Assembly: GCF_964355755.1 (NCBI RefSeq)
Contig: NC_092680.1
Coordinates: 3,410,001 to 3,474,000 of the forward strand
Reading direction: 5' to 3'
From: Antedon mediterranea
Taxonomy: Eukaryota; Animalia; Echinodermata
Length of the DNA: 64,000 bases
Shown here: piece by piece, positions 52,910 through 62,410 of the stretch
How the letters are laid out: every line of letters starts with the position of its first letter
How positions within the stretch are numbered: position 1 is the stretch's first letter
Program-made: the position numbers and the translations under genes
Notes under the pieces: model-generated
The model's database searches: none
The model's input: the letters and a program-made list of their open reading frames with translations, nothing else
What the model was told of the DNA's origin: nothing

Positions 52910-53008
52910 AATGTGCCCATATATGGTGATGTCATATCACTGCCATATTTGGGCATATCACTACCATATTTGGGCACATCACACTTTTTTTGTCAAACTA
53001 GTTTAATA

Positions 53009-53179
53009 TTCAATTCAATTCAATTCACATTTATTTACTCATCGTTTATAAATACAGTTTCATAGCATAAATGATGGCAAGGATCCTGCATAGAGAAGTT
53101 TACACTTCTGTTTTCGCAGGACCCTTTTACATAAAAAACATAAAACAATAAACACAACATAATAGATACAAAATATACA
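53009..53179 (-). mobile_element. LINE 3' tail insertion
   Basis: (TTGAA)n tail, stem ggatcctgc/gcaggaccc and a short AATA duplication at the junctions, inside a family B TIR. Confidence 0.7.
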
Positions 53180-53399
53180 AATAGTGTAGACAGAGCTTTA
53201 CACTGACCTACACTATACTTGTTTTATGAGGTATCCTACATAATGGCCAAGTGCTAAGATGCATAATATTTATCTCAGGCCTGTTGAAAACTATGTTAAT
53301 GTTCCATTCGTCATAATTATGGTAATCTATCAAAATTAGTTGTTGTTACGGCGTTATAACTGTATCATCATCACCTGATAATCACTTGGCCATTATACA

Positions 53400-53644
53400 C
53401 GGACTGGCTCACACACAAGTGTGAATCTTAACCTACCGTACCACGATAGTTTGTGTGTACTTATGTCCAACAGGACATGGTTCACACACAAATCTCTATT
53501 TTATATCTTACTTTCTACGATACACTGTTGTTAGTACCTATTGTTAGTAACTATGTCCAACAGACATGGTTCACACACAAGTCTTTATTTATTATACCGT
53601 ACCGTACCACGATACATGGTCCAGTTTGTGTGTGTACCCAATGG
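53400..53644. repeat. Degenerate direct and inverted repeats around ggttcacacacaa
   Basis: tatgtccaacag(g)acatggttcacacacaa twice, taccgtaccacgata twice and inverted tttgtgtgt motifs. Confidence 0.55.
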
Positions 53645-53782
53645 ATAGTAACGCTTGGCATTAACGATTTCAAAATGTAATATTTTTTACAATGGATATA
53701 TGCTACTTTTTAAAAATAAACTTCACTAATTTTAAATGAACGAATAAATCAATTTTTTCAGGTACGCATAATTACTCTTTAC

Positions 53783-54060
53783 AAATCAAGGTACTATATT
53801 GGTCAGAGTACCGTAAGCTACCTTGTCCGTGGTGCGGACAGGGTAGCTTTATAATTAATCAAGGTACTAAATTGGTGAGAGTACCATGAGCTACCCTGTC
53901 CGTGGTGCGGACAGGGTAGCTTTATAAATCAAGGTACTAAATTGGTCAGAGTACCGTAAGCTACCGGTACCCTGTCCGGCGGCGGACAGGGTAGCATTAT
54001 AAATCAAGGTACTAAATTGGTGAGAGTACCGTAAGCTACCCTGTCCGTGGTGCGGCGGAC
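53783..54060 (-). repeat. ~70-bp tandem array (4 units) of a double-hairpin unit; candidate minimal Helentron
   Basis: Each unit has a 14-bp stem AGCTACCCTGTCCG/CGGACAGGGTAGCT and a 6-bp stem GGTACT/AGTACC followed (minus strand) by TTGATT. Confidence 0.85.
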
Positions 54061-55139
54061 ATCATTAAAGTCAAAACTCATCTTTTGCCGAACTTTATTT
54101 CTGCAGAGGTAAAAGGTATTTCTGCCAAAGGCGAGGGGCTCACCTCGAGTGCCATCGTATATCATTTTTATACTAGGATCCTATAAACCAGGTCACTTCG
54201 ACTGTCTTTCAACATTGTACTTCAGAATCGGATCTGAGAACCTAGAAACACCCTTGTACATCCGATCTCCTCCTGAGGTCCATCCTATGCATGCTGGTCA
54301 TTGTAGAACATACCTAAATGGCCAACGGGTCATATCAATACAATTTACTATTTTTTGAGAAAATATTATTTCCGTATTATGTCGTTTTGGGTCGTGTTTT
54401 CTTCCACGCTTGTCGTGTGCTAAATTCAAGTATCGTGGGTCACGACCCGTAGTGACAATAAATCGCTAGTTAACGAGCATGAGTCGTGTTAAAATCGCCG
54501 TAAGCTTTATGAGAACGTAAATCTTGAAATTAGTGCCGGTAATCAGTAAAGACCTCTGGCTCGTGCCTGTAACATGCTGTGACAATCCGTCGGATAAATC
54601 TTTTATTACCGATGTTTTAAACAGAAAATACACGTTGATCAGTGTGCGTTTCATTCGTTCAAAAGTTTAAAGTAGCGTTTCAAACGTGTTTACGTCACAT
54701 TGTCACGAGGTAGCCTGACTTTGGTTGAGCACGTTCCGCGGAGCGCGTACCTATAAATTTGAACAATTAATACATCCGTCATATGACGCAACGACGCGCC
54801 ATACAACGGATATAAAGTATAAATAATAATAATAATAGGAAAACATCATTATTACTACGGTATAATTGTTGAATTGTACACAACTGCAGCTTTAACGGGA
54901 TAGTAAAATATTGTAAAATATGACCAACAAAAAATTAACGACTTGTATCATAAAACTATGGAATTTGTGATGGGTTATGGTGTGTGGTCAAGTGACGTTT
55001 GCCCACACGCAGCAATTGACCAATGCGTAAATCAATCGCGTATTTACAGTAATAAAACGGAATGAAAAATACTGAACTGAGTTTGTAAAATGTGCGGAAT
55101 ATTCAACCATACACTTTCATGATCACTTCAGAAATTGAA

Positions 55140-55359
55140 TTTGACCAAAAACTGGATCGAAAAAAAAAAGTTATTTACCTGAAAAAAATTAAATTTAAAG
55201 CAAAAAAAACTTCAATTGTCAGTCAGACAATGGTTTTTGGTTAAAATTGATGAGGGGTTTTGGGGCTTTTCTTTTACATAAGTGAATAACTTTATTAAAA
55301 CTGCAAAATGGCAGTATTTATTTAAAGTCTGGTTTTATTTTTATGTTTTGGGGACAATC
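55140..55359 (-). mobile_element. MITE family A, degenerate partial inverted copy
   Basis: ttgaccaaaaactggatcgaaaaa...tttattaaaactgcaaaatggc...atgttttggggacaat. Confidence 0.7.
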
Positions 55360-55628
55360 ACCCTACATCAGAAAATATGCCTATTCTTTTCAAATATACA
55401 TATTTGAGACAATATTCTGCCTTTTGGTCGAAGGCATTTATCAAATTTTCAAATAATTATGACTAATGAAACATTTTTTATTAATATTATTATGCCTGTA
55501 AAGCACCATAAATTTCGATTTAATTTCTGTATTTTATAGGCTATTGGGTTCTACGTGTTACGCTAATCAGAACGTGTCTTTTGGGGGGATTCCCCGGTAA
55601 CAATCATCTTTGAAATATTTACGCTATA

Positions 55629-55730
55629 GAGCCTGGGAGTAGCATGGATATCCTTTGAGCCTGGAGGGTGCATGGACAGCCTGGGGGTTGCATGGACAGC
55701 CTTTGAGCTTGGAGGTTTGGACAGCCTTTG
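55629..55730. repeat. Degenerate ~20-29-bp GC-rich tandem repeat
   Basis: gagcctgg...gcatggacagcctttg variants, about 4 copies. Confidence 0.7.
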
Positions 55731-56329
55731 CGCTATGCATCCTAACCTTTCGATGAGGAACAACAGATGGCGTCGTGCGCCAACCATCTGCCTCGGCGAA
55801 AACTTCCAACCCTTGGGGAAACAGGCGGATTAATATTAGGATCTGATTGGCTGATCAAAATCACATTGCTTGACGTTGCCCATAAGTTGATTTCGAGGGT
55901 TAATTCGTTCAATGAGGAACAAAATTAATCCTAGGATATAAATTGATAAGAAATAATTTTAGTTCGAACTTAGTTTCTTTTTATCAAACAATTATGAATG
56001 CATATTTCTATTATTTTGCATTAAATTTTATCTTTTTATATAGGGCTAATAGAAAGCGTTTGAAGATATCGAATGATGAATAACGAAAACACTGTAGGCA
56101 ATTCCTGCAAAATGTAGGCCTCCACTCGCTCGGTTTGAAGCATGTTTAAATCAGGCCCAGTGAATACCTTGTAAGTTCGTCGCTCTCCATAATTATTCCC
56201 AAATTTAAGCTGAATTGACTTGATTACAGAATTTTACAGTTGATATATTCAGGCCTTCAGAATTGTAAACGTTGTAAATTACTATCTAGTATACAAAAAA
56301 ATATAAACGTCTAGTTTAAGTGAACTTTA

Positions 56330-56921
56330 AGCTCTGTTTACACTATGAAACTGGTTTTGACAAAAAAAATGTGATATGCCCATATATTGACATTTTCATT
56401 TCATTTCATTTCATTTATTTATTTCACTTTACAAATATATAAATATAAAGTGGAGGAGCCTAAAAGAAAGCAAAGCTTGTGGTGAATAGGCTCCTCAAAA
56501 CAAAACAAATAAAATATAAATAATATAACACAATTAGAAACTCCAAAAAAACAACAATTCAACTAATATCTTTTTTCTAACATATAAGTTTAACATGTTT
56601 AAAACTAAAAAAACAAGTAAAAAATAGATTATACAAATAATTTAAGAAATATCAAATATAGGCCTATCAATAATAAAAGAATTTGCAAAGAACCTTCAAC
56701 CAATAATAGTTTAAATTGACGTTTAAATAAAGCACAGTTATGAGATTTTTTAAGAGATAAAGGAAGAGAATTCCAGAGTTTAGGTCCAGTGTATACAAGG
56801 GTATTACAAGGGTACCGGTATTACATCATGATGATCACTACCACATTTTGACATATCGCTACCATATTTTATGGGCTTATCACATTTTTTGTCAAACTAG
56901 CTTGATAGTGTAAACAGAGCT
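56330..56921. mobile_element. MITE family B interrupted by a LINE fragment
   Basis: agctctgtttacactatgaaact...catatattgacat [insert] catgatgatc...ttgatagtgtaaacagagct. Confidence 0.85.
56394..56826 (-). mobile_element. 5'-truncated CR1/L2-group LINE (ORF2 C-terminus, 3' UTR stem-loop, pentanucleotide tail)
   Basis: Minus-strand translation NTLVYTGPKLWNSLPLSLKKSHNCALFKRQFKLLL matches the G.KLWN.LP...FK..LK ending. 10-bp stem GAGGAGCCTA/TAGGCTCCTC and an (ATGAA)n tail. Confidence 0.85.
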
Positions 56922-59209
56922 TAATTAGAGTTTATTTTTTTCTAAAAATAGATTTGAACCATGGATGAGAGTGTAGTGTTCAATCTACCAGCCAGACGAT
57001 CAGACCACGGACCGATTTTGCTGAGTGGAGGAAGGTTCAGGTTCAGTTACATAGGGTTTAGCTTGATTATGTTACTTTTAGGCATAGGCCTATAAAGATG
57101 ACTTCGCGAATACTTATTTGTATCTAATATTATTATTTCGCCATGAGCGTTATTTTGTCAATACGTCACATGGTTGACGCGCTCGTCGTGAAATATAGGG
57201 TTTGAAATGCGCGCGTCAAACTCTCTGCCGGTGTTAAACCTGGTCATTTTTGCAGGTTTACTAGAGTGTAGGCTTTACTGACGAGTTTCGATCGATAGCC
57301 GATAACCCGCCCCAGTCATATTCTCCTCGTCTCATCAAGAATTTCCGGAATTCATCGCTAAGATTGTGAGTTATGTCAACCTGCAAATCGTCACTTCGTT
57401 GCCCTTTTTTAAAATTATGTATTGTTTACGCTAGTAATTTCCTTGTCTGTTACCTTACACTATGGCCGTGAGCCTGGCTTAATGATAATCTTCCACCAGA
57501 AAGATCAATGAAGTATCGGCTAGATAAAATAGGATCCCTCCTCGAGAAGTAAACGACGAGCAATTTGTTTGTGAAACAAAATAATGTCCAAATGACTTAT
57601 AATGAGAGATAATTAATCTTAAATGCTAACACAACTTTTAGCGGATAAAGAAACAAGCATGTTTAAGGTTAGAGTTATTTCTACAATTCCTATGTAATCT
57701 ATACGACCTCATTACAACGATATTTAAATAAAACAATTATCTAAGGATGACGCGTGTGACGTAACGCAGAGACAATAGTGAGCGTATCATTACAGAGAAT
57801 GAATCTTTTAATATTCAGATGAAAGAACAAATGAATCGACTGCATCAACCAGGACTATATTAATAGGCCTAATAAACTACGGTGTACTAATGTTTTATTT
57901 CTTTAAGGTATGGTGCGCTTTGGAAATAAGGGAAAGAACAGTTTGATATGAAATACATTCTTTTTAAAAAGGATTAAAGCTTTCTCTAATACTATCAATG
58001 TGTTTTTATTGTAGGCCTTTACGTCTATTAATTGCCTAAGAAAGTATAAGCTACGAAACATCAACGACTTTAATCTATAGATAGGCCTAAATGTCGCCCT
58101 AATATTATTCATACTTTCAACAAATATTTGCAGAATGAGCCTACGTTATCTGCGTAATTTAACTAGTTCTTTTAAAAGTAAATATTAATCAAACTCTACA
58201 ACAGATTGACCACTTTCCTTTATTAGCATTAATAAAAATAGTAACAGTACGGTATAATTAATATTAACAAATAATAATATACAGTGAAGTTTTCCCTATA
58301 CCGGTAGTTTAACCACCAGTATTCTAAACATATGTTAATTCACAACATTCTAGCGAATACAAATAGAATACTTGATACCAGCTGTCTGTTTGCTTGTACC
58401 ATGTAGATGAGTGGGAAGAACCGCACCTTTTTGTGAGTAGCTTGAGTATCATTTGTTTTCTTATCTTGCTTATCGTTTCAATACTCATCAAATCTTACTA
58501 GAAACGTGTGCCTGAAAGGCGATATGAAGCAATCAATGCGACAAGAACAAACTGAGCACAATTTGATGTGTTTGTTTTACGCAGGTAAAACATGCTATAC
58601 GATTAGACGAGTAGTATTTGATTCCATGCGTACAAGTTGCAACAATTCGCGCGTCAAATCTACCGGTAATTGATATCAGACGGTATATTGCATTTTGAAC
58701 GACAACACATCTTCTATTCAAGAACTATATAGTTACTTGTTTGCCGTGGTTTTTGATGTGTCAATGTGTCACTTTAATTATATATATATAAAGTTTGTTT
58801 TGTATGATAATTGATAGCGATTGTACGTATAAACTGAAATCGAAAAAAACCCTTCCCAATTCTACAAAGTTTAGGCCTATCTGCGTATAAACATTATAGA
58901 AATTCGATTGTTGCCGGAATGTACTCATTCGTCCTGTAAAGTGTACAGATGAGTCGTAGCTTACCGTACTTGTTATAAATGGAACAAATGGATAATGCAT
59001 TAATTTACCATTTTGAAAATCAGCTCAATTATTGTATATAAATATTCCTGCCTGGGGCCCAAATTGAAACAAGGATTTATCAACACACCAAGACCTTATA
59101 CCATAAATACCCCATTACCATCACACCACAGCAGCAAAGCCACCAATAAATACCATAATCATACCACTACTATTATCCTAATTACCACTATTCACGGTTA
59201 GCGGTACGT

Positions 59210-59520
59210 CCACACCACAACCACCAGCATCCAACAACCACTAACCACTAACCACCAACCAAACACCCAACACCCAACACCCAACACCCAACACCCAACC
59301 ACCACCCACCACCCACCACCACTACCACTACCAACCACAACCACCAAGACCAACCACAACCACTAACACCAACCACAACCACCAACCACCAACCACAACC
59401 ACCAACACCAACCACCAACCACAACCACAACCACCAACCACCAACCACCAACCACCAACACCAACCACCAACCACAACCACCAACCACAACCACCACCAC
59501 CACCACCACAAATACTACCA
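59210..59520. repeat. C/A-rich low-complexity microsatellite (ACC/CAACCA/CCCAACA)
   Basis: Direct inspection. Explains the W/V/G-rich ORF. Confidence 0.92.
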
Positions 59521-61460
59521 CTATTCCGTCATCATCAATAAATTCACCGCTGATGATAAACAGTGACTGTCTGATATTTCCTCCGTGTCTCTAGGCTCAC
59601 TTCAACTATTAAAACAAGTTTAGCTGTGGTTAATATTGTTGTATTCCATGTATTTCAAGTTCTGTCGTGCTATTTAGGTCAGTTTTAGTGGTGGTTAGGT
59701 GGGGGAATGAGGCCATTTATATAGCCACCCTCGTTACGTTCCAAAAACAACTTTTACATGAGTAGGCCTACACATCCCCTGTGACCCACATCAACAGCAA
59801 ACTTACCCTAATTCTTCAAGGTACACGCGTTTAACGCATTGTTAAACGCGTCGCATGGTTTGAAGTAGGATGAAGCTCTACTTACAAACGATAATGAGGA
59901 AAATTGTAATGTTTTCTTGATTGCCTTAAAGCATTTTGCAACACATAATATTGTATTCCTTTTATTTGTTCAATCAAAATGACAAAAAAGTTATCAACAT
60001 GTCGCAGATGACAGATAAAGGAGAAAAAAAGTGTTCCTCCTTTTGACAAAATGGGACCATCTGCCGTTTATTGTAATCACTCGGCCATTAGAATTAAATT
60101 TAAACATCAATAAAAAATTACTGACAATATCAAAACAAAGAAAATAACAAGGTTAATTCATATGAATGACGTAAACTTGACTATCATAATAAATAATCGA
60201 TAACTGTGAATTTGAAATTAGGATGAAAAATAACCGGCAACATACACAAATTAGAGAAATAGGTTAAGTCCTAATTATTGCTGCAGTTTAAAATGAACCA
60301 ATGATTTGGATAAAAGAGTGTGAGCATAAAAGAGTGAATATATCTAGGCCTGAGTTAACAGGTGCTGAGGGGGACGAGACGAGCGATTCCCTGTGGCATT
60401 CCGTCGACGTGTAGCTGCAGTGTAGAAGCGGTCGCGAGATACTCATCCCCTGAGACAACTATACCACAGAACATCATAACGTAATATAATAGACTTTTGT
60501 TTAGAATAAGTTGATAAATGTAGGCCTAATGTTTTTATGGTTCACTAAGCCTATTGAAGCTCTTGTAAAAGCGTATAATCTGCTTTGATTTAAGTTACAT
60601 CATTTATGATTTCTTTTTTTTCGCTAATATTTATCTTCGTAATTATTAATTGTTATTAACTGTTTCTTATACATTATTATAATGTGCAAAATGCTTCCAT
60701 TTTGGTTACATATTAGGCCTATTTGAATAAATTAAGTATAATACCTATGCAATTCATTTTGTTTCGAAATGATTTTAAGTCTTTGTGATCCAAATTAGCC
60801 TACTTACGTTGGAACATCAATGATATGCTATAAGATATAAATTTTATATTATTATAATATAATATTTAGTACATATGCATATACAGTAGTACAAAGTTAA
60901 TTAAATTTAAATTTAAAAGTTTGTGTGGAGGTATCAACTACAGTTCTTTTAAACATGACATTTAACATGACATTGTAATCAAGGCGTTTCTGGCACCGCC
61001 GCTGTCACCCTAAACAAAATGTTGGTCTAATAACCGTCTTTCTGGGGTAACAATCCAATTCGGCAACTATAATTAAGTATAAATAATACCTTAGTTAATT
61101 TTAACTAATTTAATAGCCGACGTAAGAGGACGTGTTTAACATATACTTATCTAAACAATAAAAACAATTAGCAGTTTTTTCTCTTGGTATTTAGCGATCA
61201 CTATATCTGTGGTATTGATATTATGATTCTTAATAGGAGATAATCTCTCGGATACCTTTGTCGGTGTGTTTGTCTCACAGTCCAGATGAAGGCCCTGGCT
61301 CTGCTTACCGATTTCAATAGCCCTGTTCGTTTTCAATAGGCTAGCTAATTGCGGTATTTAATACGTATAACAGTTGAGAATGAAATGAGAATACGGACGG
61401 CCTCTTTATAGGATAACAATTCTACAAGTATTATTGATTTAATTGTTCGCGTTTTACTAC

Positions 61461-61557
61461 GCGGCAGTTCTATCAGGATGCGGCAGTTCTATCAGAATGC
61501 GGCAGTTCTATCAGAATGCGGCAGTTCTATCAGGATGCGGCAGTTCTATCAGGATGC
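61461..61557. repeat. 19-bp tandem repeat, 5 copies
   Basis: gcggcagttctatcag(g/a)at five times. Confidence 0.95.
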
Positions 61558-62055
61558 TGTATTTCAAAATGTTAATTCATTCTATAAAAACCCCAACGAC
61601 TAAATTACAACATGAAGTCACATGATTGAGAAGTTTAAAAGTTTTAATGTAGGTCATTTTAATTGAATGTTGGTTTCGTTCTCTACCGCAGTTCTCGTTT
61701 AACAAGACCTAAAGATAGCCCTATATTTATATTGTCAAATTTATTCTACCGCACTTACTGCAGTAAGTACATTTTTTTACTGCAGTAATACATACCGGTA
61801 GTTTAGTTCGTTTCAATTTTATCAATCAAGTTTATTAGGTATAGTCACTCAATCAATGCTTACCCAACCAAACTTGCTAATAATTGCAAACAACTTAAAG
61901 CTATAAAATAGTTACTGCAGTAACTTCAGTAAAATGTAGGCTCTATTATTACATCTGTTAAAACCACCTTAACAAGCACGAATGTGCAATACTCGGGGGT
62001 ACAGCGAAAGAAGCTGTATACAGACGTATACAGTTATAGAAAGTAAAGAAAAATA

Positions 62056-62126
62056 GGTTTCGCCAGGGCTCGAACCGGGACCTTCTGCGTGTTAAGCAGA
62101 CTTGACAACCACTACACTACGAAACC
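62056..62126 (-). pseudogene. tRNA-Val(AAC): tRNA-Val(AAC), probable pseudogene (mildly degenerate)
   Basis: Minus strand GGTTTCGTAGTGTAGTGGTTGTCAAGTCTGCTTAACACGCAGAAGGTCCCGGTTCGAGCCCTGGCGAAACC. Acceptor and anticodon stems are perfect, D and T stems each have one mismatch, it is 1 nt short with a U discriminator, and a T-run terminator follows. Confidence 0.85.
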
Positions 62127-62338
62127 TCTTACATTAAAAATGTGGGTTACAGAAAGTTTTTTAATCCATTTAAATTACAAATAAATGGTAATAAGCACAA
62201 AGCAAAATAAACATGTGTAAAAGTGATAATTACCGATTACACAAAATAAGTATTTTAAAAAATAATAAAAATAAGATATACTCTGTATAATTATCATATT
62301 GCGTATACAGTACTTTTCACCATAAAGTTAAAAAAAAA

Positions 62339-62410
62339 GGTTTCGTCCGGGCTCGAACCAGGTACCTTCTGCGTGTTAAGCAAACGTGATAACCACTACG
62401 CCAAGAATCC
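62339..62410 (-). pseudogene. tRNA-Val(AAC): tRNA-Val(AAC) pseudogene
   Basis: Minus strand GGATTCTTGGCGTAGTGGTTATCACGTTTGCTTAACACGCAGAAGGTACCTGGTTCGAGCCCGGACGAAACC. Two acceptor-stem mismatches plus D- and T-stem mismatches. A/B boxes and a poly-T terminator are retained. Confidence 0.85.

Larger units (their letters stand above)
51478..53197 (+). mobile_element. MITE family B split by two nested retro-insertions
   Basis: Left end 51478-51529, middle 52910-53008 and right TIR 53180-53197 reassemble into one family B copy. Confidence 0.85.

Noticed and set aside
20253-54060. Tandem arrays (20.3, 24.0, 47.3, 53.8 kb) as CRISPR arrays
   Set aside because: Units are contiguous with no unique spacers, there are no cas genes, and the context is eukaryotic.
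54100-54360. Possible exon or 69-aa ORF
   Set aside because: Splice signals are weak and contradictory on the two strands, and the peptide is unrecognisable.
55748-55801. Hairpin as a SECIS element or hammerhead ribozyme
   Set aside because: ATGA and GA are not positioned to form the SECIS quartet. The core is TCGATGA rather than CTGATGA, and stems I and III are missing.
56950-57013. tRNA-like A/B-box fragments (also ~21590-21640 and ~8300-8375)
   Set aside because: Too degenerate to fold as tRNA or assign to a SINE family by eye.
59248-59511. W/V/G-rich 87-aa ORF
   Set aside because: Translation of a low-complexity microsatellite.
62056-62410. Functional tRNA-Val gene cluster
   Set aside because: Both copies have stem mismatches and non-canonical discriminator bases and lie inside an apparent mobile element, so they are called pseudogenes. 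The first copy might still be transcribed.
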